From Halorussus marinus (lineage in GTDB: Archaea; Halobacteriota; Halobacteria; Halobacteriales; Haladaptataceae), in assembly GCF_004765795.1 (NCBI RefSeq), contig NZ_SBIV01000002.1, forward strand, positions 496,001 to 560,000: a stretch of 64,000 bases of DNA. The letters run 5' to 3'. Position numbers and translations under genes: made by a program. Under the pieces are notes generated by a model, which was not told the origin of the DNA, made no database searches, and saw only the letters and a program-made list of their open reading frames with translations. Below are positions 1-9,547 of the stretch, piece after piece. Positions within the stretch are counted from its first letter, which is position 1, and the number at the start of each line of letters is the position of its first letter.

Positions 1-67
1 GCGTCGTTCTTCTGAGACCGCGACGCGCTCGCGGCGGTCGTCGCCTCGTCGGCGCTTCCTCCGGCGG

Positions 68-1897
68 CTACACGCTGTCGTCCCACACGTCGGCCATCGG
101 GCTCTTTCGGTCCGAGCCGCCCGCCGAGCGCGACCGGGACCGGCCGCCGGATTCGGACTCGTCGGCCGCCCCGGCGTTCCGTGAGGACCCGGCGTCCCGC
201 GACGGCGTGCCGGCCGACGACGACCGGCCGCCCGACCGGCGTCCCGACCCCGCGACCGACCGGCTCGCGCTCGCCGGATCGAAGGCGGGCAGGTCGGGCG
301 CCGTCATCCGGTCGATCTGGTCGGCGAACCACGGCGGCGTGTCGCTCTCGGCCCGATCGAACACCTGCAGGAGACTCGAATCCGCGAGGTAGGTCGCGCC
401 GTAGTCGTCGGGCGACCGGACCACCCGCCCGCAGGCCTGGATCACCGTCCGGAGCGCGGCGCGGTAGTACCACGCCCACTGGCCGGCTTCGAGCCGGTGG
501 GCGACCCGGGAGTCGCTGGTGTTGAGAAACGGCGCCTTGCAGATGACCTGCCACCGCGCGAGGTCGCCTTTCAGGTCGAGGGCCTCCTCCATCTTGACCG
601 AGAGGAACACCTCCTCGCCGTCGGTCGCCTTCCACGCCTCCAGTTGGGCGTCGCGGTCGTCCTTGTCGTGGAGCCGTAGCCGGTCGTCGACGCCGAACTC
701 CCCGAGCAGGTCGGCGAGTCGCTCCTGAATCGCGTACGAGTGGGCGTGGACGATCCCCTTCTCGCCGCGGTGGGCCTGCATGATTCGGACGAGCGCGCGG
801 GCGATATCCGGTAACGTGTCGTCGCGGTGGTCGTAGGTCATCTTCCCCTGGGTCACGTCGTACAGCGGGCGGTTCTCGACCGGGAAAGTGTGGTCCACGT
901 CGACCAGCGCGACGTCGTCGGGGGCCAGCCCCACCTGCCGGCAGAAGGCGTCTTTGTTGAGCATCGTGGCCGACAGGAGGGCGAACTTGTTCCCGCGCTC
1001 CCAGACGGTGTGGGTGAGGTATCGCTCGGGGTTCATCGGCTTGATCGTGATTGCCGTGCCCGCGCCGTCGGGCTGGTCGACGACCCAAGTCGTCGCGCTC
1101 TCGGCGTCGCGGTAGTCCTCGACGAACCAGTCGAGTTCGCCGATCAGCTCTTGCAAGCGGTCGCGCTCGGCGGCCTCGCTCGGCTCGAGCGCCTGCTGGG
1201 CGAGAAGTTCGTCCTTGCGCCGCCGACAGACGTTGGCGAGCCGGTCGGCGTACGCTACCGCGCGGTCGAGCCCGGTGATCTCGGGCACCTTCAGGTCCTC
1301 CCAGATCGGCACGGTCCGGGGGTTCAGGTCGATGGTCGCGTACATCTCGGCCCACTCGGCGAGCCCGTGGGCCTCGTCGACGACGACCACGTCGCGTTTG
1401 CGAAACACCTCCGAGCCCGCGGTCCGCATGAAGTACGCGAGGGTCATCGCCGCGATGTCCCGGTTGCTGGCGATGGCCCGGTCCGAGAAGTACGGACACC
1501 GGTGTTTGACCGAGCAATCGTACCCCGTCTCGCGGGCGCAGGGGGCCCGATCGACGGGTGTGTCGGTCTCGTCGGGCAGGATACAGGAGTAGTTGCGCTT
1601 GCCCCGGATGATCTTGAGGTCGGTCAGGAGGTCGTCTTCGGCGACGTCGTCGAGCTGGGACACCTGCGGGGTGGTGTAGTACGCGCCGGTCGCGTCGCTC
1701 GGCGCGGCGTCGTCGGGCCGGCGGGCACAGCCCGCGATTGCCCGGGCGAGCAGGGATTTGCCGCTGCCGGTCGGCGCCCGGACCAGCACCACGTCGTTGC
1801 CGTCGGCGAACGCGTCCCGGATGTCTTCGAGCGCGGCGCGCTGCGTGCCGCGATAGGAGGGCGCCGGAAAGGCTTCGAAAATCCGCTCGGGGTTCAC
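68..1897 (-). CDS. Rad3/XPD/DinG-like ATP-dependent DNA helicase
   Basis: Walker A APTGSGKS, DEAH box, Cys cluster (C..APC...C....CPY), motif VI QACGRVVR; start moved to GTG 1897; low-complexity C-terminal tail. Confidence 0.88.
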   Translation of the reverse strand: MNPERIFEAFPAPSYRGTQRAALEDIRDAFADGNDVVLVRAPTGSGKSLLARAIAGCARRPDDAAPSDATGAYYTTPQVSQLDDVAEDDLLTDLKIIRGKRNYSCILPDETDTPVDRAPCARETGYDCSVKHRCPYFSDRAIASNRDIAAMTLAYFMRTAGSEVFRKRDVVVVDEAHGLAEWAEMYATIDLNPRTVPIWEDLKVPEITGLDRAVAYADRLANVCRRRKDELLAQQALEPSEAAERDRLQELIGELDWFVEDYRDAESATTWVVDQPDGAGTAITIKPMNPERYLTHTVWERGNKFALLSATMLNKDAFCRQVGLAPDDVALVDVDHTFPVENRPLYDVTQGKMTYDHRDDTLPDIARALVRIMQAHRGEKGIVHAHSYAIQERLADLLGEFGVDDRLRLHDKDDRDAQLEAWKATDGEEVFLSVKMEEALDLKGDLARWQVICKAPFLNTSDSRVAHRLEAGQWAWYYRAALRTVIQACGRVVRSPDDYGATYLADSSLLQVFDRAESDTPPWFADQIDRMTAPDLPAFDPASASRSVAGSGRRSGGRSSSAGTPSRDAGSSRNAGAADESESGGRSRSRSAGGSDRKSPMADVWDDSV

Positions 1898-1976
1898 TGT
1901 CGGAGGGGACGGGAGCCGGGAGCCTAAAGCCACCGGAACCGCCGGTCGGCCGCCCCGGCTCGCCCCGGGCCGGCCG

Positions 1977-2186
1977 TCACGCCCGATCGAGCGCGGCCAC
2001 GTCCGCCCCTGAGGGGTCGTCGGGCAGACGGTCGATGCAGTCGAAACAGAGGAAGTGCTCGCTCCCGTCGCTGTCGAGTTCGAGGGTCATCCCGCCGGTC
2101 GCGTCGTGTTCGAGCGTCCAGATGTTGGCGATGCCGCCCGCGATCGTGACTCGGTCGCCACACCCCTCGCAGGTCTCGCTTGCCAT
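1977..2186 (-). CDS. small zinc-finger protein (CxxCG ... CxxC)
   Basis: MASETCEGCG...HFLCFDCIDRL; ATG at 2186. Confidence 0.75.
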   Translation of the reverse strand: MASETCEGCGDRVTIAGGIANIWTLEHDATGGMTLELDSDGSEHFLCFDCIDRLPDDPSGADVAALDRA

Positions 2187-2351
2187 GTGTCTGGAGAGCG
2201 GTTCCAGCGCCATAGCCCTGCCGCCGACCGGCTCGCGTCGGTCGAGTCGCCGTCGGCGTGCTCTCGGTTCATGTCGGACGTTTGGGACCCGCGACAGTTA
2301 GGCGCTCGCCCGGAGCCTTATGCGACTCCGAGACGAACCCACGGAGTAGTC

Positions 2352-3215
2352 ATGGAGGTGAACTGCGAGGACTGCGCCGGCTGTTGCATCGACTGGCGGG
2401 CGCTCTCCCCCGAGCCGAGCGACCACGAGCGCCGGGGGCCCCGGACGCCGCTGGACGACGCGTACAACCTCGTGCCGCTGACCCGCGACGACGCGCGGGC
2501 GTTCCTCGACGCGGGGCTGGCCGACGCGCTGACCCCGCGGCTCTGGCGCGACGGGGACGGCGTCGAGATCGACGGCGTCCCGGTCGCGGCGGTCGACGAC
2601 CGACCGGTGTTTTTCCTCGGGCTCCGGAAGGCGCCCAAGCCGGTCGCGCCGTTCGGCGCCGATCCGACGTGGCTCCCCACCTGTGCGTTCCTCGATCCGA
2701 CGACCCTCCAGTGTCGGATCCACGACGCCGACGTCTACCCCGAGGAGTGCGCCGAGTACCCCGGCCACAACCTCGAACTGGGGAGCGAGACCGAATGCGA
2801 GCGCGTCGAGGCGGCGTTCGGCGGTGACCGACTGCTCGACGACGACCCGCCCGCGGACCTCTCGGCGCTGTTGCTCGGCCCGCAGGCGCTCGGCCAGAAG
2901 GTGTTCGCGTTCCCCGATTCCGACCGCCTCTCGGGCGTGGTCGGACGCGCCGAACGCGGCGAACTGACCGACGACGACCGAACGCTGTTCGTCGCGGCGG
3001 CGGTCGCGGCCGCACCCGGCACCGCGACGGTGAACCGCGAGCGGTTCGAGCGCGCGCTCGATCGGGCCCGCGAGGCCGACTCGTGGGTCGGACGGGCCGT
3101 CCCGGACTGGGAGGACCGGGCCGACGACGCCGACGCGCCGGTGCCCGACCCGGGCGTCGCCGATCGCGTGGAGGGCGAACGGGGCGCACCCCAGACCCCC
3201 GGCTGGACCGAGTAG
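2352..3215 (+). CDS. YkgJ-like cysteine-cluster (Fe-S/Zn) protein
   Basis: CEDCAGCC at the N-terminus, CAFLD....CRIH....PEECAEYP; ATG 2352. Confidence 0.78.
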   Translation: MEVNCEDCAGCCIDWRALSPEPSDHERRGPRTPLDDAYNLVPLTRDDARAFLDAGLADALTPRLWRDGDGVEIDGVPVAAVDDRPVFFLGLRKAPKPVAPFGADPTWLPTCAFLDPTTLQCRIHDADVYPEECAEYPGHNLELGSETECERVEAAFGGDRLLDDDPPADLSALLLGPQALGQKVFAFPDSDRLSGVVGRAERGELTDDDRTLFVAAAVAAAPGTATVNRERFERALDRAREADSWVGRAVPDWEDRADDADAPVPDPGVADRVEGERGAPQTPGWTE

Positions 3216-3240
3216 ACGCGAGCGCAGAACAGACGACGGG

Positions 3241-3417
3241 CTACTGCTCGGCCTTGATGGCTTCGAACTGATCGAGGAGATCCTCGGTCGAGTCGCCGGA
3301 GTCGTACTCCACGGTCCCGTGGTAGGTCGTCCGGTCGTCGTCCTCGCTCACGTCGACCGTGTTGTTCTTGCGCTCCCGGCGCTCGTGTTCGTCTTCGTCA
3401 TAGGCACCCATTGACAT
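3241..3417 (-). CDS. small acidic conserved haloarchaeal protein (DUF5786-like)
   Basis: MSMGAYDEDEHERRERK...EDLLDQF; start could be 3411. Confidence 0.7.
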   Translation of the reverse strand: MSMGAYDEDEHERRERKNNTVDVSEDDDRTTYHGTVEYDSGDSTEDLLDQFEAIKAEQ

Positions 3418-3586
3418 GACAACCACACTCATGATTGGAAAGCCGCCGTAATGAATGTAACGGATAATAACACCGATTTATCGCCTCGAAAGCAGGTCGG
3501 AATCGCGGGCGGACGCGGGATCGCCCGGCGAACGACGGGCCGCGAGCGTCACAACACGTAAATTCCCCGCGGGACAACTGTCGCCC

Positions 3587-4594
3587 GTGGCAAGCCCGCT
3601 CCGCTTTCGCCGCTCTCTGGAGCGGTGGACAGACGACAGGGTCGAACGCGACCTGCGCGAACCCCTCGACCGGAAATTCGGCGCGACCCGCCGGACGCCC
3701 CACTACGCCGGACCGAACGGCTACGAGGCGCTCCGGATCGAGATGGACAACGGCGACCTCGCGCTCTTCGCGTTCGACGACGAGGAGGCGTTCTGGCTCG
3801 GCAACACCGAGACCCCCTCGGCGCTCTGGCGCACCGACAAACATACTTTCGAGGAGGTTCCCTACCCCGTCGCGCGGTGGGCCCAGCGCGAACTGCTCGG
3901 CGACCTGCAGGTCGAGGCGCCGTGGCTGGCCGAGTACGACCACCTCTCGTGGTTCTTCCTGCCCGTGCTGTTCTCGAAGGACGGTCGCCACTCCACCCGG
4001 GAGTTCTTCCGGGAACACGCCGCGGGCTTTCCCGACACGACCCGCGAGGCGGTGCTGTCGTTTTACGAGGAGTTCCTCTCGACGGGCGTGCTCGACGACT
4101 ACCGGTATACGATGGCGAGCAAGCTCGGAACGAGCCCGCAGGTCGACCCCGTCAGGATGGCGTCGGCGATGAGCGAGTTCAGCGTCGCCAAGCTGTTGAC
4201 CGACGCCGACTACGGCCTCACGCCCGAGATCGAGGTCACGACCGGCCACTCGCTCGACTTCCGGGCCGAGACGCCCGACGGCGAGTCGCCGCTGGTCGAG
4301 GTCACCCGACCGCGACCGCCGACCCGCCGGCGGGCGTCGACTCCGGTCGCCGCGGTCCGCGAGACCGCCGAGACCAAGACCTCCGGCCAGCTCCAGAAAC
4401 ACGGCGGCGGCGCGGTCCTGTTCGTCGACTGCTCGGGGTTCCGCGACGACGAGTGGGCCGCCGTCAGGGGCGAACAGCCCGGCGTGCGCCACCGACCCGC
4501 GGTCGTGTTCCGACCGCGGCCCTCCGGCCGGATCGAAGCGTACAGCAAGGGATCTGTCCCGCTGGACCTCGACGGCGCCGTCGAGTGGGTGTAA
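3587..4594 (+). CDS. conserved haloarchaeal protein (DUF5784-like)
   Basis: 335-aa acidic ORF with GTG start and typical haloarchaeal composition; family recalled. Confidence 0.75.
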   Translation: MASPLRFRRSLERWTDDRVERDLREPLDRKFGATRRTPHYAGPNGYEALRIEMDNGDLALFAFDDEEAFWLGNTETPSALWRTDKHTFEEVPYPVARWAQRELLGDLQVEAPWLAEYDHLSWFFLPVLFSKDGRHSTREFFREHAAGFPDTTREAVLSFYEEFLSTGVLDDYRYTMASKLGTSPQVDPVRMASAMSEFSVAKLLTDADYGLTPEIEVTTGHSLDFRAETPDGESPLVEVTRPRPPTRRRASTPVAAVRETAETKTSGQLQKHGGGAVLFVDCSGFRDDEWAAVRGEQPGVRHRPAVVFRPRPSGRIEAYSKGSVPLDLDGAVEWV

Positions 4595-4614
4595 CAGTCC
4601 CGACGCAGTAGAAA

Positions 4615-4846
4615 GCGGTCGCGAGGCGGTGCCGTGCGGACGCGGGGCGGTCGCGGTGCGGTGCGGACGCGGGGCGGTGCAGATGCGGGGCGGTCGCGGT
4701 GCTGTGGCGTCCCAGTAATTCTACCGCGAGCGAGGGCGAAGCCCGAGCGAGCGGCCCAAGGGCCGACCATCGGGAGGCCCGCAGTGGTTTTGATCGAGCT
4801 TTTGCAAGGGCGGCGCGTTTGTGCGCCGCCCGCAGGAAAAGGTCGG
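4615..4846 (-). repeat. modular palindromic intergenic element, copy 1
   Basis: Minus strand reads CGACCTTTTCC-stem-TGCAAAAGCTCGATCAAAA...CCGCTCGCTC-loop-TCGCTCGCGG then an ACCGC-rich tail, as in the copies at 15830, 28043 and 34118. Confidence 0.85.
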
Positions 4847-5131
4847 TTAGAAGGAAACCTGCCCCGGCCCGTCGGTGCCGAGCACCGTCGGGTCCCGGTC
4901 GCTGTACCCCTCGCGGCCGATTGCCTTGCTACTGACCGCCGAGTACATGGTGGCCTGTGCCTCGCGAGCGTCGGCGAACGTCTCCGAGGCGCCGCGCGCG
5001 AACACTTCACCGAGGGACTCGGTGCCGTTGGGGAGGTCGAGTTCGTAGTCGTCGTACGAGTCGGCGAGCTGGTCGGAGGTCGCGGGGTAGTCGTGGCGGT
5101 CCAGCGCGGTCGTCGCCTGTTTCAGTGACAT
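4847..5131 (-). CDS. conserved haloarchaeal protein (DUF5789-like)
   Basis: HDYPAT...LDLPNGTESL...AIGREGYSDRDP. Confidence 0.72.
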   Translation of the reverse strand: MSLKQATTALDRHDYPATSDQLADSYDDYELDLPNGTESLGEVFARGASETFADAREAQATMYSAVSSKAIGREGYSDRDPTVLGTDGPGQVSF

Positions 5132-5255
5132 CGACAGAATCTACATGGATGTTAATGATAAAGCTTGTCGTCGGACAGTATGATCGTCCTTAAGGAGTTT
5201 AATGGCGTGTTGTCGGTTGCGAAGCCCTTTCGTCGGTGGGCTTCGTTCGGGGGGT

Positions 5256-6050
5256 ATGAGCGTCTTCGCGGACCTCCACGTCCACACGACCAACTCGGAC
5301 GGCGAGTTACAGCTCGATCAGATTTCGGCGGCCGCCCGCGAGGCCGACGTCTCGGTCGTCGCCGTGACCGACCACGACCGACTCAACCCGGACCTCGCGG
5401 CGCCGGTCGGCACGATCGACGGCGTGACCGTCGTCCACGGCATCGAACTCAGGGTCGAGGCGCCCCACGGCGAGCGGGTCGACCTGCTCGGCTACGGCGT
5501 CAGCCCGACCGACGCGCTCGGCGAGGAGCTCGATCGGATACAGGCCGACCGGATCGAGCGCGGCCGCGAGCTCATCGAGCGCGTCGAGGACCGGCTCGGG
5601 ATCGAACTCGACCTCGAACCGCGGGCGGGGCTCGGCCGCCCGCACGTCGCTCGCGCGATCGACGACCACCCCGACACCGGGTACGACTACGAGGGGGCGT
5701 TCGACGAGCTCATCGGCGACGACGGCCCTTGTTTCGTCGCCCGCGAGGTGACCGACTTCGAGCGCGGCGTCGAACTGCTGGAGGCGGCCTGCGGGCTCGT
5801 CGGACTCGCCCACCCGTACCGGTACGACGATCCCGAGGCGGCGCTCGGGCTGACACGCCACCTCGACGCGGTCGAGCGCTACTACCCCTACGGCCGGGAG
5901 GTCGACCCCCGACCGGTCGAGCGCGCGATCGCCGAGCACGACCTCGTCCCGACCGGCGGGAGCGACGCCCACGAGCGGCGTCTCGGGCTGGCGGGGCTCT
6001 CGAAGCCCGAGTACCGACACTTCCGGTCGGCGGTGGACCCGCAGGCGTAG
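5256..6050 (+). CDS. PHP-domain metal-dependent phosphoesterase
   Basis: DLHVHT..SDG, TDHD, GIE, AHP, GGSDAH motifs. Confidence 0.9.
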   Translation: MSVFADLHVHTTNSDGELQLDQISAAAREADVSVVAVTDHDRLNPDLAAPVGTIDGVTVVHGIELRVEAPHGERVDLLGYGVSPTDALGEELDRIQADRIERGRELIERVEDRLGIELDLEPRAGLGRPHVARAIDDHPDTGYDYEGAFDELIGDDGPCFVAREVTDFERGVELLEAACGLVGLAHPYRYDDPEAALGLTRHLDAVERYYPYGREVDPRPVERAIAEHDLVPTGGSDAHERRLGLAGLSKPEYRHFRSAVDPQA

Positions 6051-6082
6051 AGTTAAACCGGGTGGGGCCCCTACGGTGGGTC

Positions 6083-6247
6083 ATGCGGTGTCACTACTGC
6101 GACCGGGAAGCGTCGTTCGCGCCCGAGAAGGGCGGCGTCCGGGTCGGCCTCTGCGAGGAGCACTTCCGCGAGCAGTTCGAGTATCTCGCGGACACCGACG
6201 CGCTGGCGTCGCTCCGCCAGGAGCTCGACGTCGATCGCCCGGAGTAG
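6083..6247 (+). CDS. small zinc-finger protein (DUF6757-like)
   Basis: MRCHYCDREA...VGLCEEHF; ATG 6083 about 30 nt after TTAAAC. Confidence 0.72.
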   Translation: MRCHYCDREASFAPEKGGVRVGLCEEHFREQFEYLADTDALASLRQELDVDRPE

Positions 6248-6297
6248 CGCGTCGAAAAACGATCGGTTCTGGGCGTCTCAGCGCCGCCAGTCTCGTC

Positions 6298-6624
<327 letters not shown>

Positions 6625-6699
6625 TCACCTGTTCGTATTACAGGCGGAAGGCTACTTAAAACGATGCTCTTTACTTAAATCCACGGGTCGGGGAAACGA

Positions 6700-6715
6700 T
6701 TTAGGCCGGGCTAAA
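6700..6715. promoter_or_regulatory. candidate DtxR/Idr-type metal-regulator palindrome
   Basis: TTTAG-GCCGGG-CTAAA upstream of the ferredoxin promoter (two TTTAAGTA boxes on the minus strand at about 6653-6679). Confidence 0.45.
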
Positions 6716-6804
6716 AACGGGGGACGGGAGCGGTCCGGTCGTTTCCGTACAGCGTCGAGAGCTGACCGTTTAAGTCAGTCCGGCGCCAGTCGGCGTCGAC
6801 GTCG

Positions 6805-7026
6805 CTACTCGGAATCGCCGGTCGGCTCGGGGCCGAACCGCTGCCACGCCAGTCCGAGCGCGGCGACGGTGACGACCGTCACCGCCACCTGCGCGAGACT
6901 CCCGCCGAGCCCGCCGGCGACCGCGCCGCCGGTCAGGGCCCCACCGCCGACCGCACCGGTCCCGACACAGCAGAGGCTCGCCGCGCCGCCGACGCCGAGT
7001 AGCGCCAACCGCGAATCGCTGACCAT
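6805..7026 (-). CDS. small two-helix membrane protein with a Cys-Cys pair
   Basis: MVSDSRLALLGVGGAASLCCVG...VTVVTVAALGLAW; ATG 7026. Confidence 0.55.
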   Translation of the reverse strand: MVSDSRLALLGVGGAASLCCVGTGAVGGGALTGGAVAGGLGGSLAQVAVTVVTVAALGLAWQRFGPEPTGDSE

Positions 7027-7215
7027 GCGTGATCGTGGCCGCCCGCGGCCTTCGCTCTTTCGTCCGCGTCGTTCCGCCAGAAGCCGTCTCGCGCCGCGGT
7101 CGTCGCGCCGACGGACACGTCGACCGCCGGGGCGGTCGGATCCAGGAGCCGCGATGTCGCGGGCGGAGTTGCCGGCGCGCGTACCTTTTTGCCCGGCCGC
7201 GGACACGAACAGTTC

Positions 7216-8010
7216 GTGACCACGATTCCCAGTCCGGGGCTCGGCACCTCCGGGAACGACGAGCCCGATCAGTGTGCCGAGACGATCCGAACCGCGCTCG
7301 AACTCGGCTACCGACACGTCGACACCGCCCAGATGTACGACAACGAGGCCGCGGTCGGCGACGGCATCGCCGCCAGCGACGTCCCGCGCGAGGAGATCTT
7401 CCTCGCGACGAAGGTCCACCCGACGAATCTCGCGGCCGAGGACGTCGCCCGGACTGCCGACGAGAGCCTCGACAGGCTCGGGGTCGACGCCGTCGACCTG
7501 TTCTACGTCCACTGGCCGACCCACGCCTACGACGCCGAGGCGACCCTGCCCGCGTTCGACCGGCTCGCGGCGACCGGCAAGACCGAGCACGTCGGCGTGA
7601 GCAACTTCACGGTCGATCTGCTGGCGGAGGCCCGCGAGATTCTCGACGCGCCGATCGCCGCCAATCAGGTCGAGATGCACCCCCTGCTCCCGCAGGACGA
7701 CCTCCTTGCGTACTGCCGCGAACACGACATCACGGTGGTCGCGTACGCCCCGCTACTGCAGGGAGAGGCCGGCGACGTCGACGTGTTGGCCGACGTCGCC
7801 GACGACCGCGACGTGAGCCCCGAGGCGGTCAGCCTCGCGTGGCTGGCCCAGCGCGACGGCGTCGTCCCCATCCCGAAGGCCACCGGCGAGTCCCACCTCC
7901 GGGCGAACTTCGACCCGCCCGCGCTCACCGACGAGGAAGTGGCCCGCATCGACGCCATCGAGCGCCGCGAGCGACGCGTCGACCCCGACGGCGCGGCGTG
8001 GGACGCGTAG
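7216..8010 (+). CDS. aldo/keto reductase
   Basis: GLGT, GYRHVDTAQMY.NE, LATK, DLFYVHWP, GVSNF, NQVEMHP, PIPKA. Confidence 0.93.
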   Translation: MTTIPSPGLGTSGNDEPDQCAETIRTALELGYRHVDTAQMYDNEAAVGDGIAASDVPREEIFLATKVHPTNLAAEDVARTADESLDRLGVDAVDLFYVHWPTHAYDAEATLPAFDRLAATGKTEHVGVSNFTVDLLAEAREILDAPIAANQVEMHPLLPQDDLLAYCREHDITVVAYAPLLQGEAGDVDVLADVADDRDVSPEAVSLAWLAQRDGVVPIPKATGESHLRANFDPPALTDEEVARIDAIERRERRVDPDGAAWDA

Positions 8011-8013
8011 GGC

Positions 8014-8451
8014 TCAGAGGGGCTCGATCTCGTCGCCGCGTTCGAGCGTACCCGACTCCACGACGTCCGCCCGGAGCCCGCCCCGGTGGAGGAGTTCGGA
8101 GACGACGCCGTCCCGTGTCAGCGATTCGAGGTGGCGACACGGCTCGCAGAGTTCGACGCCCTCACAGACCACGTCGCCGACGCGGAACCGCTCGCCGACG
8201 AGGTGATTGAGCGCGGCGTCGCTGGTGGTGACGTTCCGGCGGTGGCGGCCGTCCCGGAGTTCGAAGCCGTCGCGCTCGGCGGCCGCCAGCGCCTCGGACT
8301 CGATGAGCGTGAGCCCGCCGCCCCCGTCCCCGAAGTGACGGTCCCCCCGGAGTCCGCGGCCCGCGAGCGCTTCGACCGCACCGACCGATTCGACGTCCGC
8401 GCCCGACTCGGGCGCGAGGTGGATGGCTTCGACAGTACCCGTTCCGTTCAT
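8014..8451 (-). CDS. MOSC-domain protein
   Basis: GL.GDRH, RRNV.T, F.VG, LCEPC..L, RGGLRA. Confidence 0.88.
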   Translation of the reverse strand: MNGTGTVEAIHLAPESGADVESVGAVEALAGRGLRGDRHFGDGGGGLTLIESEALAAAERDGFELRDGRHRRNVTTSDAALNHLVGERFRVGDVVCEGVELCEPCRHLESLTRDGVVSELLHRGGLRADVVESGTLERGDEIEPL

Positions 8452-8530
8452 ACGTCGGCCTCTCGCCGAGAGGACTTAAACGTCGTGCGCCGCAGGGCCG
8501 GAGCGTCCCGCGCTCGCGTCGTCCGGCCGA

Positions 8531-9547
8531 TCACTCGACGGTCGCGTCGACCACGACGTGCCAGACGCCCTCGCTGTGGCTCTTGACTTTCCGGCGATCG
8601 AGGACCGCCACCTCCCGGTCGCGGTCGGCGGCCGCCGCCCGGAGCCGCGAGACGGGTCGGTCCCACAGAAGGTCTTCGGGGGTGGCCTCGTGCATGTGGA
8701 TCGTGCCGCCGGGCGCGAGCGCCGCGAGCGCGCTGTCGAGATATTCGTGGGCCTCGTAGTAGCCCATCACCACGCGGTCGACCCGAGGATCGACGTCCAC
8801 GTCCCGACAGTCCGCCCGGAACGCCGAGACCCGATCGGCGACGTCGTTGAGCATCGCGTTCTCCGCGAGGTAGCGAAACGCCGCCGGGTTGCGCTCGACC
8901 GCCGTCACCGCCGCGCCCGCCCGGGCCATCGGGAGAGTGAAGTAGCCGATGCCCGCGAACATGTCGAACACGCGCTCGCCCGACTCGACGACCTCGCCCA
9001 TCCGGGCGCGCTCGGCCTTGTTGCCCGGCGAGAACATCACCGTCGAGAAATCGAGCGCGTAGCGGGTGCCGTGCTCGGTGTGGACCGTCTCGGTGTCGCC
9101 CGCGCCCGCCACGACCGACACCGAGGGCTCGCGGTGCTCGCCCGAGATCCCCTCGCGGGCCACCACGGTGTCGGCCTCGCCGTGGAGGTCGAGCAGTGCC
9201 TCGCCGACCGCCCGACGGTCGGGACAGTCCGCCGGGAACGTCGCGAGCACGACGCTCCCGACGACCGCCCACGACCCCGGGGCGCGCTCGATCTCGTCGT
9301 CGGACCACCCGCGCTCGCGGAGGTGGGCCGCCAGATCCGGCAGGCGCCGCTCCGGGTCGACCTGCTCGACCACGTCGAGCACCGCGGTCTCGGCCGGCGG
9401 ATCGGTCACCGGGAGCGCCACGGTCTTCTCGCTGTACTCGGTCACCTTTCGGGTCGCGTCGTAGACTCCCTCCGCCCGGAGGGCGGCGATGGCGGCCTCG
9501 CTCTCGGGCTTGCGGACGACCGCCGCGAGCGCGTCGTCGCCGGTCAT
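8531..9547 (-). CDS. Taw2/Trm5-like class I SAM-dependent tRNA-modifying enzyme
   Basis: MFSPGN..ER, VFDMFAGIGYF, VE.NP, DRVVMG; ATG 9547 overlaps the nmd3 stop. Confidence 0.82.
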   Translation of the reverse strand: MTGDDALAAVVRKPESEAAIAALRAEGVYDATRKVTEYSEKTVALPVTDPPAETAVLDVVEQVDPERRLPDLAAHLRERGWSDDEIERAPGSWAVVGSVVLATFPADCPDRRAVGEALLDLHGEADTVVAREGISGEHREPSVSVVAGAGDTETVHTEHGTRYALDFSTVMFSPGNKAERARMGEVVESGERVFDMFAGIGYFTLPMARAGAAVTAVERNPAAFRYLAENAMLNDVADRVSAFRADCRDVDVDPRVDRVVMGYYEAHEYLDSALAALAPGGTIHMHEATPEDLLWDRPVSRLRAAAADRDREVAVLDRRKVKSHSEGVWHVVVDATVE

